From NCBI RefSeq assembly GCF_054482595.1, contig NZ_CM137008.1: a stretch of 64,000 bases of DNA, one strand, 5' to 3'. Both the position numbers and the translations under genes were made by a program. Numbering within the stretch: position 1 is the stretch's first letter; each line of letters starts with the position of its first letter. The notes below the pieces were generated by a model, which was given only the letters and a program-made list of their open reading frames with translations, had not been told where the DNA came from and ran no database searches. Positions 53,874-64,000 of this stretch are shown here, one piece after another.

Positions 53874-54554
53874 ATGAACAAGATTGACTATCAGGCACTG
53901 CGTGAGGCAGCAGAAAAAGCAACGTGTGGTGCGTGGTCGCTCGAATATGGAGAGGAGAGATTTGATGCTGGTGATGCGCTAATTCATCGTGAAGTTGTTG
54001 GATATCTTCCCATTTGCAGAATTGAAGGAGCGCATCCTGAAAGCGGTTTCGATGAAGATTTCCAAATGGAACAGCAGGCCAATGCTGAATTCATCGCCGC
54101 AGCCAATCCGGCTACCGTCTTGGCGCTGCTTGATGAACTGGAAGCCGCAGAGAAGCGTATCGCTGAATTGGAGTCACTGACTGTACCACAGTTACCGCAG
54201 CAAGCGGTGCCGGATGAAATGCCGGAGCCAGATACCGCGAGAATGTTCTTTACCGATGCAGTTGTGGCAATAGCTAAGGTTCAAGGCTGGAACGCCTGCC
54301 GCGCTGCCATGCTTCATAGTGCCGAACCTGTAAGCCAGGCTTACAAGTTGAACGCGCTGGATGGCAACTCTCCGGTAACTCCGGATGGTTGGGTTATGGT
54401 GCCGAAGGAGTTAACGCCGGAAATGATGAGAGCCGTTCAGATTAGAAGTGAGCTTGGAGGGTATGCCACTTCCAATCTATCTGGTGCATACAATATGTTT
54501 TCTGAGTTCTGGAATGTTGCTGTCTCAGCTGCGCCTAAGGTGGATGATTTATGA
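53874..54554 (+). CDS. Ead/Ea22-like family protein (226 aa)
   Basis: N-terminus MNKIDYQALREAAEKATCGAWSLEY typical of Ead/Ea22-like prophage proteins. Confidence 0.6.
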   Translation: MNKIDYQALREAAEKATCGAWSLEYGEERFDAGDALIHREVVGYLPICRIEGAHPESGFDEDFQMEQQANAEFIAAANPATVLALLDELEAAEKRIAELESLTVPQLPQQAVPDEMPEPDTARMFFTDAVVAIAKVQGWNACRAAMLHSAEPVSQAYKLNALDGNSPVTPDGWVMVPKELTPEMMRAVQIRSELGGYATSNLSGAYNMFSEFWNVAVSAAPKVDDL

Positions 54555-54853
54555 ATCTCTATCGCTGCCCATTCTGTGGTTCCACTGTGCTTAACATCGG
54601 ATACTCATTCAGTATCAGAGGGAAAATGCGCTATGTGTCATGCAAATGTGGTGCCCAAGGACCAGAAAAACGAACTAGATCTGAAGCGATTTCTTCATGG
54701 AATAGTCGAATGAAAGTATGGGTTTATGATCCAGAAACCATATTAAACGCTGAAGAGCGCAGGAGAACGGAAGTCTATATTCATAACCTTAATGAAGATG
54801 GATTTACACCAGTGCTTGTAAAGGCTACTCCGCAGGAGGTTAACCATGGCTAA
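54551..54853 (+). CDS. Lar-family (restriction alleviation-like) zinc-ribbon protein (100 aa)
   Basis: CPFCGS...CKCGAQGP...EAISSWNSR resembles Lar family N-terminal domain. Confidence 0.5.
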   Translation: MNLYRCPFCGSTVLNIGYSFSIRGKMRYVSCKCGAQGPEKRTRSEAISSWNSRMKVWVYDPETILNAEERRRTEVYIHNLNEDGFTPVLVKATPQEVNHG

Positions 54854-54940
54854 CCTGCAACTTGACGTCAAAGGTGAATAACAATCCTCGCATTCGCGGG
54901 GATTTCTTTTATCTGAACTCGCTACGGCGAGTTTTATTTT

Positions 54941-55252
54941 ATGGAGATGATTATGACCTGTTCAACATTCAACCCTCTAACGTTACAGAAATACCAGCCA
55001 GACCCTGAAGATTTATGCTCACTGTGTGGCGGAAATCATGGTAAAGCCGCCATGATCGAATGTAAGGACAAAATCCACATTTGCCTTAATTGCGTTGATG
55101 TCCTCGTTGATATCAAAAATGAGAGAGAAGATAAAAAGCGTAGCGAGGCTGTTAGCGCCTTAGATTCATGGATGCGAGATGGGTATAGTGCCGCGCAAAT
55201 TTATGACTTAGCCATTTCAAAAGGCGAAATACCAGGAGTACGCATCGAATAA
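54941..55252 (+). CDS. Hypothetical Cys-rich protein (103 aa)
   Basis: CSLCGG...C-x-N-C pattern; no recognised family. Confidence 0.4.
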   Translation: MEMIMTCSTFNPLTLQKYQPDPEDLCSLCGGNHGKAAMIECKDKIHICLNCVDVLVDIKNEREDKKRSEAVSALDSWMRDGYSAAQIYDLAISKGEIPGVRIE

Positions 55253-55292
55253 GACATAACCGATATTCGAATTGAAGAACTGAAAGAACACC

Positions 55293-55318
55293 AAGCCGCC
55301 TGATGGCGGTTTTTTCTT
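55293..55318 (+). terminator. Rho-independent terminator upstream of xis
   Basis: agccgcc tgat ggcgg followed by ttttttctt. Confidence 0.6.
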
Positions 55319-55342
55319 GCGTGTAATTGCGGAGACTTTGCG

Positions 55343-55561
55343 ATGTACTTGACACTTCAGGAGTGGAACGCACGCCAGCGACGCCCAAGAAGCCTTGAAA
55401 CAGTTCGTCGATGGGTACGCGAGTGCAGGATATTCCCTCCTCCGGTTAAGGATGGAAGAGAGTATCTGTTCCACGAATCAGCGGTAAAGGTTGACTTAAA
55501 TCGACCAGTAACAGGTAGCCTTTTGAAGAGGATCAGAAATGGGAAGAAGGCGAAGTCATGA
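55343..55561 (+). CDS. xis: Excisionase Xis, lambda-type (72 aa)
   Basis: MYLTLQEWNARQRRPRSLETVRRWVRECRIFPPPVKDGREYLFHESAVKVDLNRP matches lambda Xis as recalled. Confidence 0.93.
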   Translation: MYLTLQEWNARQRRPRSLETVRRWVRECRIFPPPVKDGREYLFHESAVKVDLNRPVTGSLLKRIRNGKKAKS

Positions 55562-56609
55562 GCGCCGGGATTTACCCCCTAACCTTTATATAAGAAACAA
55601 TGGATATTACTGCTACAGGGACCCAAGGACGGGTAAAGAGTTTGGATTAGGCAGAGACAGGCGAATCGCAATCACTGAAGCCATACAGGCCAACATTGAG
55701 TTATTTTCAGGACACAAACACAAGCCTCTGACAGCGAGAATCAACAGTGATAATTCCGTTACGTTACATTCATGGCTTGATCGCTACGAAAAAATCCTGG
55801 CCAGCAGAGGAATCAAGCAGAAGACACTCATAAATTACATGAGCAAAATTAAAGCAATACGGGGGGGGCTGCCTGATGCTCCACTTGAAGACATCACCAC
55901 AAAAGAAATTGCGGCAATGCTCAATGGATACATAGACGAGGGCAAGGCGGCGTCAGCCAAGTTAATCAGATCAACACTGAGCGATGCATTCCGAGAGGCA
56001 ATAGCTGAAGGCCATATAACAACAAACCCTGTCGCTGCCACTCGCGCAGCAAAATCAGAGGTAAGGAGATCAAGACTTACGGCTGACGAATACCTGAAAA
56101 TTTATCAAGCAGCAGAATCATCACCATGTTGGCTCAGACTTGCAATGGAACTGGCTGTTGTTACCGGGCAACGAGTTGGTGATTTATGCGAAATGAAGTG
56201 GTCTGATATCGTAGATGGATATCTTTATGTCGAGCAAAGCAAAACAGGCGTAAAAATTGCCATCCCAACAACATTGCATGTTGATGCTCTCGGGATATCA
56301 ATGAAGGAAACACTCGATAAATGCAAAGAGATTCTTGGCGGAGAAACCATAATTGCATCTACTCGTCGTGAACCGCTTTCATCCGGCACAGTATCAAGGT
56401 ATTTTATGCGCGCACGAAAAGCATCAGGTCTTTCCTTCGAAGGGGATCCGCCTACCTTTCACGAGTTGCGCAGTTTGTCTGCAAGACTCTATGAGAAGCA
56501 GATAAGCGATAAGTTTGCTCAACATCTTCTCGGGCATAAGTCGGACACCATGGCATCACAGTATCGTGATGACAGAGGCAGGGAGTGGGACAAAATTGAA
56601 ATCAAATAA
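55539..56609 (+). CDS. int: Integrase Int, lambda-type tyrosine recombinase (356 aa)
   Basis: MGRRRSHERRDLPPNLYIRNNGYYCYRDPRTGKEFGLGRDRRIAITEAIQ... matches lambda Int as recalled; overlaps xis end. Confidence 0.95.
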   Translation: MGRRRSHERRDLPPNLYIRNNGYYCYRDPRTGKEFGLGRDRRIAITEAIQANIELFSGHKHKPLTARINSDNSVTLHSWLDRYEKILASRGIKQKTLINYMSKIKAIRGGLPDAPLEDITTKEIAAMLNGYIDEGKAASAKLIRSTLSDAFREAIAEGHITTNPVAATRAAKSEVRRSRLTADEYLKIYQAAESSPCWLRLAMELAVVTGQRVGDLCEMKWSDIVDGYLYVEQSKTGVKIAIPTTLHVDALGISMKETLDKCKEILGGETIIASTRREPLSSGTVSRYFMRARKASGLSFEGDPPTFHELRSLSARLYEKQISDKFAQHLLGHKSDTMASQYRDDRGREWDKIEIK

Positions 56610-56682
56610 TGATTTTATTTTGACTGATAGTGACCTGTTCGTTGCAACAAATTGATAAGCAATGCTTTTTTATAATGCCAAC

Positions 56683-56697
56683 TTAGTATAAAAAAGC
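56683..56697. other. attL core (B-O-P' junction, int side)
   Basis: ttagtataaaaaagc = reverse complement of GCTTTTTTATACTAA; 56610..56682 matches lambda P' arm as recalled; followed by host aggc... Confidence 0.9.
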
Positions 56698-56743
56698 AGG
56701 CTTCAACGGATTCATTTTTCTATTTCATAGCCCGGAGCAACCT

Positions 56744-58027
56744 GTGAACACATTTTCAGTTTCCCGTCTGGCGCTGGCATTGGCTTTTGGCGTGACGCTG
56801 ACCGCCTGTAGCTCAACACCACCCGATCAACGTCCTTCTGATCAAACTGCGCCTGGTACCTCTTCTCGCCCGATTCTGTCGGCAAAAGAAGCGCAGAATT
56901 TCGATGCTCAACACTATTTTGCATCCCTGACACCAGGTGCTGCAGCGTGGAATCCGTCCCCGATAACCCTGCCTGCGCAACCTGACTTTGTTGTCGGCCC
57001 GGCGGGTACTCAAGGTGTAACGCATACCACGATTCAGGCGGCGGTAGATGCGGCAATTATCAAGCGCACCAACAAGCGCCAGTATATTGCCGTGATGCCT
57101 GGTGAGTATCAGGGAACGGTGTATGTCCCTGCTGCTCCAGGTGGAATTACTCTGTACGGTACAGGTGAAAAACCGATTGATGTGAAGATTGGGCTTTCCC
57201 TTGATGGGGGCATGAGCCCTGCCGACTGGCGTCACGACGTCAACCCGCGCGGCAAATATATGCCAGGTAAACCAGCGTGGTATATGTACGATAGCTGCCA
57301 GAGCAAACGCAGCGACAGTATCGGTGTTCTGTGTTCTGCGGTCTTCTGGTCACAAAACAATGGCCTGCAACTGCAAAACCTGACCATCGAAAACACGCTG
57401 GGTGATAGCGTAGATGCGGGTAACCATCCGGCGGTGGCACTGCGTACTGACGGTGACCAGGTACAGATTAACAACGTTAACATTCTCGGTCGTCAGAACA
57501 CCTTCTTTGTCACCAACAGCGGTGTGCAGAACCGTCTGGAAACGAATCGTCAGCCGCGTACGCTGGTGACCAACAGCTACATTGAAGGGGATGTGGATAT
57601 CGTTTCTGGTCGCGGCGCAGTGGTGTTCGATAACACCGAATTCCGCGTGGTGAACTCACGTACTCAGCAAGAAGCGTATGTGTTTGCACCGGCTACGCTG
57701 TCCAACATTTACTACGGTTTCCTCGCCGTAAACAGCCGTTTCAATGCTTCCGGTGATGGCGTGGCACAACTGGGCCGCTCGCTGGATGTTGATGCCAATA
57801 CCAACGGTCAGGTGGTGATCCGTGATAGCGCCATCAACGAAGGTTTTAATACGGCTAAACCGTGGGGCGATGCGGTGATCTCTAATCGTCCGTTTGCGGG
57901 TAACACCGGCAGCGTTGACGATAGCGACGAAATACAGCGCAATCTGAATGACACTAACTACAACCGCATGTGGGAATACAATAACCGCGGCGTGGGTAGC
58001 AAAGTGGTTGCAGAGGCGAAGAAGTAA
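56744..58027 (+). CDS. ybhC: Pectinesterase-like outer membrane lipoprotein YbhC (427 aa)
   Basis: Signal peptide with lipobox LTAC; 427 aa; host gene on the gal side of attB-lambda. Confidence 0.88.
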   Translation: MNTFSVSRLALALAFGVTLTACSSTPPDQRPSDQTAPGTSSRPILSAKEAQNFDAQHYFASLTPGAAAWNPSPITLPAQPDFVVGPAGTQGVTHTTIQAAVDAAIIKRTNKRQYIAVMPGEYQGTVYVPAAPGGITLYGTGEKPIDVKIGLSLDGGMSPADWRHDVNPRGKYMPGKPAWYMYDSCQSKRSDSIGVLCSAVFWSQNNGLQLQNLTIENTLGDSVDAGNHPAVALRTDGDQVQINNVNILGRQNTFFVTNSGVQNRLETNRQPRTLVTNSYIEGDVDIVSGRGAVVFDNTEFRVVNSRTQQEAYVFAPATLSNIYYGFLAVNSRFNASGDGVAQLGRSLDVDANTNGQVVIRDSAINEGFNTAKPWGDAVISNRPFAGNTGSVDDSDEIQRNLNDTNYNRMWEYNNRGVGSKVVAEAKK

Positions 58028-58043
58028 GAGCTATTAACTATTT

Positions 58044-58152
<109 letters not shown>

Positions 58153-58167
58153 TTCACATGGCGCTTT

Positions 58168-60429
58168 TTACATCTGACGGTTTTTATTGAAGTTAATCAA
58201 ACTACCCGCCTTGATAATCTCGCGCTCTTCAGCAGTCAGACTTTCCATATAGAGCGTAATTTCCGTTACCGGCGCATCTTCATGGATCACATAACCTTTA
58301 AACGTCGTACCCGGATTATCCAGCGCCGCTTTAATGCCAGGGATGTAAATGTAATCCCCCACTTCAAAGGTTGGCACTTCCGCCATCTGCAGAGGTAACA
58401 TCCCCCAGTTGATGACGTTAGAACGGTAGCGTTTAGTCGCGTACTCCTCGGCAATATTCGCCAGACCGCCAATCACACGCTGACAACTCGCCGCCTGTTC
58501 ACGCGCAGAACCATCGCCTGGTTTCACCGCATAGACCATGCTGCCAATTTCAGTTTGCAGCGGATCAATATGCTCCTGACCAGCAATCTGCTTAATGCGC
58601 GCAAACACCTCTGTCAGCTCGCTGACATTCCCCGCCAGACGCTGATTTTCCAGCTCAGCAGTCGCTTTACTTCTGCCAACATAACCTGGATCGCGGCGTG
58701 ACAGGGTAAACTCCGCCAGACCAATCGGATTTGAACGATAAGAAGAGGTTTCACCGGAAGGAATCAGTTCGTCGGTGGTGGTCACTTCGTCGAGGATCTT
58801 CGAGCACACTTTGAGGACGATATTGTCAGTCAGCGCCCCCAATTCCGGCCAGTCTTTAATGTTCGGTCCGTAAATCAGCGGTTGCTGAGTTGCCCCTTTC
58901 ACAATGCCCTGATAAACACGGTTTTTATACGGCGTTACATCGAAGGCGTACTCCGGCACGTTGTCCCAGCAATCAAGTTCGCTGGCAGAGGTTAAATAGC
59001 CACCGTTTGCCGCAGTCGCAGCGATAGAACGAGCGTCCATCAACGCCACCGCTGACATCTGCCCATTAGCTGGCTTAGAGCCTTCGCGGTTCGGGAAGTT
59101 ACGCGTGGTGTGGCGAATACTCAAACCGTTGTTGATTGGCGTATCGCCCGCGCCAAAGCATGGGCCACAGAACGCGGTTCTGATAATTGCGCCTGCGCCA
59201 ATCAAATCTGCTACCACACCTTTTTTGGCTAAATCCATAAACACCGGCTGTGATGACGGGTAAACCGCCAGCGAGAAGGTGTCATTGCCACAGGATTGAC
59301 CGCGCAGTGCATTCGCCGCCGCGATGACGTTTTCGTAGTTACCGCCAGAACAGCCCGCGATAATCCCCTGCTGCACTTTCAGGCGACCATTTTCCACTTT
59401 ATCCAGCAGCGAGAGTTTGGCCTTACCGTGCGCCACGCGTTCGGACTCAATTTCAATCTCACGCAGAATGTCGGTCAGGTTCTGGTTCAGTGTGTCGATT
59501 TCATACACGTTGCTCGGGTGGAACGGCAGCGCAATCATTGGTTTGATGGCACTTAAATCAACGCTGATGCAGCCATCGTAGTACGCCATCGGTTGAGGGT
59601 TAAGCTGGCAGTAATCCTGGCCGCGACCGTGCAGCGTCAGCCAGTTATGGACTTCTTCATCGGTTTGCCAGACAGAACTTAAACAGGTCGTTTCAGTGGT
59701 CATAACGTCAACGCTGTTACGGAAATCGGTAGAGAGCGCAGCAACACCGGGACCTACGAATTCCATCACTTTGTTTTTGACGTAGCCGTTTTTGAACACG
59801 GCACCGATGATAGCCAGCGCCACATCCTGCGGCCCCACATACGGCGCTGGTTTTCCGGTCAGATGCACCGCAACAACTCCCGGATAGTCGATATCCCAGG
59901 TGTCATTAAGCAGCTGTTTTACCAACTCACCGCCGCCCTCACCGACTGCCATTGTCCCTAATGCACCGTAACGGGTGTGGCTGTCTGACCCGAGGATCAT
60001 TTTGCCCCCGCCTGCCATCATCTCACGCATATATTGATGGATGACCGCAATATGCGGAGGCACAAAAATACCGCCATAACGCTGAGCTGCCGATAAACCA
60101 AAAACATGGTCATCACCGTTAATGGTGCCGCCGACGGCGCAGAGTGAGTTATGGCAGTTGGTCAGCACATACGGCAGCGGGAAACGTTCCATTCCGGACG
60201 CTTTAGCGGTCTGTACAATACCAACAAAGGTAATATCGTGAGAGGCTAATGAATCAAACTTAATTTTAAGTTTATCCATATTTCCGGACGTATTATGAGA
60301 ATAGAGAATAGACCAGGCAATAGTGCCTTTTTTGGCTTCTTCTTTTTTAATTTCGCCGGTGAAATGTTCTTCGGCAATTATTTCGTTATTACTGGCGAGA
60401 AACACGCCTTTTTCAGATAACTTGATCAT
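58168..60429 (-). CDS. ybhJ: Aconitase-family protein YbhJ (753 aa)
   Basis: ORF 58168..60453 trimmed to [10 protein letters not shown]...; aconitase-like Fe-S hydro-lyase translation. Confidence 0.8.
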   Translation of the reverse strand: MIKLSEKGVFLASNNEIIAEEHFTGEIKKEEAKKGTIAWSILYSHNTSGNMDKLKIKFDSLASHDITFVGIVQTAKASGMERFPLPYVLTNCHNSLCAVGGTINGDDHVFGLSAAQRYGGIFVPPHIAVIHQYMREMMAGGGKMILGSDSHTRYGALGTMAVGEGGGELVKQLLNDTWDIDYPGVVAVHLTGKPAPYVGPQDVALAIIGAVFKNGYVKNKVMEFVGPGVAALSTDFRNSVDVMTTETTCLSSVWQTDEEVHNWLTLHGRGQDYCQLNPQPMAYYDGCISVDLSAIKPMIALPFHPSNVYEIDTLNQNLTDILREIEIESERVAHGKAKLSLLDKVENGRLKVQQGIIAGCSGGNYENVIAAANALRGQSCGNDTFSLAVYPSSQPVFMDLAKKGVVADLIGAGAIIRTAFCGPCFGAGDTPINNGLSIRHTTRNFPNREGSKPANGQMSAVALMDARSIAATAANGGYLTSASELDCWDNVPEYAFDVTPYKNRVYQGIVKGATQQPLIYGPNIKDWPELGALTDNIVLKVCSKILDEVTTTDELIPSGETSSYRSNPIGLAEFTLSRRDPGYVGRSKATAELENQRLAGNVSELTEVFARIKQIAGQEHIDPLQTEIGSMVYAVKPGDGSAREQAASCQRVIGGLANIAEEYATKRYRSNVINWGMLPLQMAEVPTFEVGDYIYIPGIKAALDNPGTTFKGYVIHEDAPVTEITLYMESLTAEEREIIKAGSLINFNKNRQM

Positions 60430-60611
60430 CAAATGCTCCAGACATCTGCGCACCGTGAAGTGCGCAGCAAGAAAATAAATGGATATACTCTAAATAATTC
60501 GAGTTGCAGGAAGGCGACAAGCGAGTGAATCCCCAGGAGCTTACATAAGTAAGTGACTGGGGTGAGCGAACGCAGACGCAGCACATGCAACTTGAAGTAT
60601 GACGAGTATAT

Positions 60612-62045
60612 TTACAGCATGTTCCAGCCGATCAGCATATTCCACCACCACACTCCGAGGGTGATATGCACCAGGAAGGTTAATATCGTCAGTACCGCAC
60701 CGACCAACCACCAGGATTTAATATCGTTGTAACCCACGCCAAAGATGACCGGACCTGCCGCGCCGCCATAGTGAGTAACCATGCCGCCATAGGAGTTGGA
60801 GAACAACAGTGCCAGCGCGGTTAACATTAACGGTGCGCCGGAGACGTTCGCCAGCATGGCAAATACCGGTAACATAGCAACGATATAGGCACTACCGGAA
60901 GCGAAGAAATAACGCACGATGATGCTGAGGAAAATAATAACGAAGAAAGCAACGTTACCGTGACCATCAAATGCCAGGTTATTTTTAAAGACTTCAGCTA
61001 ACCATTCGAAAAATTTAACTTTCGATAATAAGGAGCTTAAGCCGATAATACCGCCGTACCAGATTAAGGTATTCCAGCCGCCTTTATTTTTAACCACGTC
61101 TTCCCAGGTAACGATACCCAGCAGCAGCATAGTCGCCATAACAACGATTGCCACGGTGGATTCATCAACCCCCAGAGACTTACTGAAAATCCAGCCCAGC
61201 AGCGCCAGCACAAAGACACCGAGCAGCATTTTTTCGCGGATTTTCATCGGTCCCAGTTCGGCAAGGCCCGCTTTAGCGATGGTTTTGTTATCCACCTTCT
61301 TAATTTCTGGTGGATACATGGTGTAAATCACCAGCGGGGTGACCAGCAGCATAATGATGCCCGGCAATCCGGCGGCCAGCGCCCATCCACCCCAGCTAAT
61401 TTGCAGGTGCAGAATGTCGTTGATCATTTTCAGCGCCAGAATGTTCCCCGCCATTGCGGTAAAGAACATATAGCTGGTGGTTTTGGTGACCATGTAAATG
61501 GACATCATCAGGTAATGTCCGACACGACGCGGACTTTTTTCCGGTTCGGACCCCAAAGCCACCGCCACGCTGTTGATGATCGGTAACACAATGCCGCCCG
61601 CACGCGCGGTGTTAGACGGTGTTGCCGGAGCCAGTACCAGATCGAGGAAAACCGTAACGTAACCCAGACCCAGCGTGGTGTTACCGATTTTACCAATCAG
61701 CAGATAGGCAATACGTTTACCTAAACCGGTGGTCACAAATGCGGCGCTTAAGGTAAACGCCGAGAACACCAGCCAGGTAGTACCTGAAGAGTAACCGCTT
61801 AATACGGCGGTGGTTTTAAACGCACCGTCGGATAAGTTACCGACCACCACCATGGAGGCAGCAACGGCAATTAACAGTACGACAGGTTCCGGGAAAGGCT
61901 TGATAACCAGCCCCACAATGGCCGCCAGGTAAATACCAAAAAGCACCCACGCCAGTTCGCTTAATCCTGCCGGAGCTGGCATAAAGCCAATAATACATGG
62001 GATCGCTAATATCAGAATTAGCTTCCATAACGATTTCTTATTCAT
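60612..62045 (-). CDS. ybhI: DASS-family anion transporter YbhI (477 aa)
   Basis: 477-aa polytopic membrane protein in K-12 order. Confidence 0.8.
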   Translation of the reverse strand: MNKKSLWKLILILAIPCIIGFMPAPAGLSELAWVLFGIYLAAIVGLVIKPFPEPVVLLIAVAASMVVVGNLSDGAFKTTAVLSGYSSGTTWLVFSAFTLSAAFVTTGLGKRIAYLLIGKIGNTTLGLGYVTVFLDLVLAPATPSNTARAGGIVLPIINSVAVALGSEPEKSPRRVGHYLMMSIYMVTKTTSYMFFTAMAGNILALKMINDILHLQISWGGWALAAGLPGIIMLLVTPLVIYTMYPPEIKKVDNKTIAKAGLAELGPMKIREKMLLGVFVLALLGWIFSKSLGVDESTVAIVVMATMLLLGIVTWEDVVKNKGGWNTLIWYGGIIGLSSLLSKVKFFEWLAEVFKNNLAFDGHGNVAFFVIIFLSIIVRYFFASGSAYIVAMLPVFAMLANVSGAPLMLTALALLFSNSYGGMVTHYGGAAGPVIFGVGYNDIKSWWLVGAVLTILTFLVHITLGVWWWNMLIGWNML

Positions 62046-62120
62046 TTAAAATCCTGTTCTTTCTGTATGACTCATACAGAAGTCCTTTATTGATTGTCCT
62101 TATCCTGACAACGAATCTTT

Positions 62121-63173
62121 TCAGGGAAGATAAACTTCACCGGAAAATATTTTTCTGGTCGTCCGAATAACAGATGCGCGTAACGTCGTGGCATCCTGAC
62201 CTTCATTACTTAAATGAACGTCGAGCGCACCACTGGGGTGTTCAATATTGATATTGCCATATCCTACAGAAGGGATGATTTGTCGGGTGACGGTGCCTTC
62301 CAATGCACAACTACTGGAAATAGCAATAGCACCGGTTATCGCCAACGCGCGATGGCAAGAATGCGGCATAAAATAACGCACATTAATTGCCCCGCCTTTC
62401 TGCGCTGGAGAAATAAGCACAGGTTTAGGGATAACCATATTACTGACATCACCTAAGCCCATTGCTTTACCCGCTTGTAGACGGATAGATTCAATGCGGG
62501 CTAATAATGCTTTGTCGGCATCCAGTTCCGCCGGTAATTCATAGCCTGTTTTTCCCAGATATTCAGCCGGAATAATGACGACTGGCATCGCCATATCGAT
62601 ACAGGTCACCGGGACATCGTCAAAATAATCAATCTGATTATCAGTCGGGAAAACTTTTCCGGTTTTGGTTCCAGCGGCATTCAGGAAAGTGAGCGCAACC
62701 GGTGCGGCAGTACCCGGTACGCCGTCAATTCTGGCACTACCCTCGTACTCGACAACACCATTTGGCGTTTGCACATCAGCTTCGATGAACGTACCCGTAT
62801 TGACGTTGCGGATACGTACGCGGGTAACTGGCGAAGTCGCTGCAATCAAACCATTTTCAATGGCGAATGCCCCAACGCCAGACAGCATATTGCCGCAGTT
62901 AGGCGTGGTATCGACACGTTGCTCATGGACGATAACTTGAGCAAACAGATAATCAACATCAGCACGCGGATCGCTGGAACGGCTTATAATGGCGACTTTA
63001 CTGGTCAGTGGATTACCGCCGCCAATACCGTCAATTTCCAGATCGTTACCGGAACCCATAATTGCCATCAATATTTTATCGCGCTGCGTTTGATCTTCGG
63101 GTAAATGTTCCGCTAACAGGAACGCGCCCCTCGAGGTTCCACCTCGCATCATCACGCAGGGTATTTTTTTCAT
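62121..63173 (-). CDS. ybhH: PrpF-family isomerase YbhH (350 aa)
   Basis: 350-aa soluble protein in K-12 order. Confidence 0.8.
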   Translation of the reverse strand: MKKIPCVMMRGGTSRGAFLLAEHLPEDQTQRDKILMAIMGSGNDLEIDGIGGGNPLTSKVAIISRSSDPRADVDYLFAQVIVHEQRVDTTPNCGNMLSGVGAFAIENGLIAATSPVTRVRIRNVNTGTFIEADVQTPNGVVEYEGSARIDGVPGTAAPVALTFLNAAGTKTGKVFPTDNQIDYFDDVPVTCIDMAMPVVIIPAEYLGKTGYELPAELDADKALLARIESIRLQAGKAMGLGDVSNMVIPKPVLISPAQKGGAINVRYFMPHSCHRALAITGAIAISSSCALEGTVTRQIIPSVGYGNINIEHPSGALDVHLSNEGQDATTLRASVIRTTRKIFSGEVYLP

Positions 63174-63356
63174 AATAATGCCCTCAATTTAAAAACATAA
63201 CTTATTGCGATATGGTTACATTAAGGGCAAAGCATCTCTAATGACTTTAGCTCAACGATTAATAACATTTTTTCATTAATTTAAGTTGGCTAAATGCAGT
63301 TAAAATTTTTAACGGCCAGCCACCCAAAATCAACGCTTCCATTTTCCGGAGTAATA

Positions 63357-64000
63357 ATGAAGCATGAATTATCAAGTATGAAGGCATTTGTCATACTGGC
63401 AGAGTCCAGTTCATTTAACAATGCCGCTAAATTACTCAACATTACGCAACCTGCATTAACGCGAAGAATAAAAAAGATGGAGGAAGATTTACATATTCAA
63501 CTATTTGAGCGTACAACTCGCAAGGTTACGTTAACAAAAGCAGGAAAAAGGTTGCTCCCGGAGGCGCGGGAATTAATAAAGAAATTCGATGAAACGCTTT
63601 TTAATATTCGTGATATGAATGCTTATCATCGTGGTATGGTGACGTTAGCGTGTATTCCGACCGCAGTATTTTATTTTTTACCGCTGGCAATCGGTAAATT
63701 TAATGAGCTGTATCCCAATATTAAAGTGCGGATTCTGGAACAAGGCACGAATAATTGCATGGAATCGGTGCTATGTAACGAATCAGACTTTGGCATAAAC
63801 ATGAACAACGTCACAAATTCATCCATTGATTTTAGCCCACTGGTCAACGAGCCGTTCGTGCTGGCCTGTCGGCGTGACCATCCATTGGCCAAAAAGCAGC
63901 TTGTAGAATGGCAGGAGTTAGTGGGTTACAAAATGATTGGCGTACGCTCCTCCAGCGGCAACCGACTGTTGATAGAACAACAGCTAGCCGACAAGCCCTG
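63357..64000 (+). CDS. ybhD: LysR-type transcriptional regulator YbhD, N-terminal part (3' end beyond window)
   Basis: MKHELSSMKAFVILAESSSFNNAAKLLNITQPALTRRIKKMEEDL = LysR HTH; open to window end; absent from ORF track because no stop in window. Confidence 0.8.
   Translation, partial: MKHELSSMKAFVILAESSSFNNAAKLLNITQPALTRRIKKMEEDLHIQLFERTTRKVTLTKAGKRLLPEARELIKKFDETLFNIRDMNAYHRGMVTLACIPTAVFYFLPLAIGKFNELYPNIKVRILEQGTNNCMESVLCNESDFGINMNNVTNSSIDFSPLVNEPFVLACRRDHPLAKKQLVEWQELVGYKMIGVRSSSGNRLLIEQQLADKP

Larger units (their letters stand above)
14794..56697. mobile_element. Mosaic lambdoid prophage (P22-type virion genes, lambda-type int/att and lysis) integrated at attB-lambda
   Basis: Bounded by lambda 15-bp att cores at 14794..14808 and 56683..56697; contains int, xis, repressors, replication, lysis and a complete P22-like morphogenesis block; host ybhB and ybhC flank it. 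Confidence 0.9.

Noticed and set aside
56712-57235. Minus-strand ORFs (114 and 140 aa) overlapping the attL/ybhC region
   Set aside because: Antisense to ybhC; they would read across the att core into the host gene; no support.
63671-63892. 73-aa minus-strand ORF
   Set aside because: Lies inside the ybhD (LysR-type regulator) coding region on the opposite strand.

Overview
This window is an E. coli K-12-type chromosomal segment, in reverse orientation to the K-12 map, interrupted by a ~41.9 kb mosaic lambdoid prophage at the phage lambda attachment site. Host genes (1..14703): ybhN (partial), ybhM, ybhL, moaEDCBA, ybhK, uvrB, bioDCFB, bioA, ybhB; (56744..64000): ybhC, ybhJ, ybhI, ybhH, ybhD (partial). 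The prophage (14794..56697) lies between ybhB and ybhC, bounded by 15-bp lambda att cores. It combines lambda-type int/xis/att, N/nut, cI/cro/cII/cIII, nin region, Q and an S-R-Rz/Rz1 lysis cassette with P22-type virion genes (gp3/gp2 terminase, portal, scaffold, coat, gp4/10/26, gp14/7/20/16, tailspike) and a P22-type immI region (mnt/arc/ant). An IS2 copy (1331 bp, 5-bp target duplication) sits just downstream of cI and splits a small gene. No CRISPR array, rRNA or intact tRNA was found; one tRNA-like remnant lies between Q and S. The best candidates for undescribed function are small accessory ORFs at classical moron positions: the mnt/gp16 junction, the cI-distal IS2-split gene, and the N-proximal pL block. 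All protein identifications are from reading the translations and recalling known families; nothing was database-verified.
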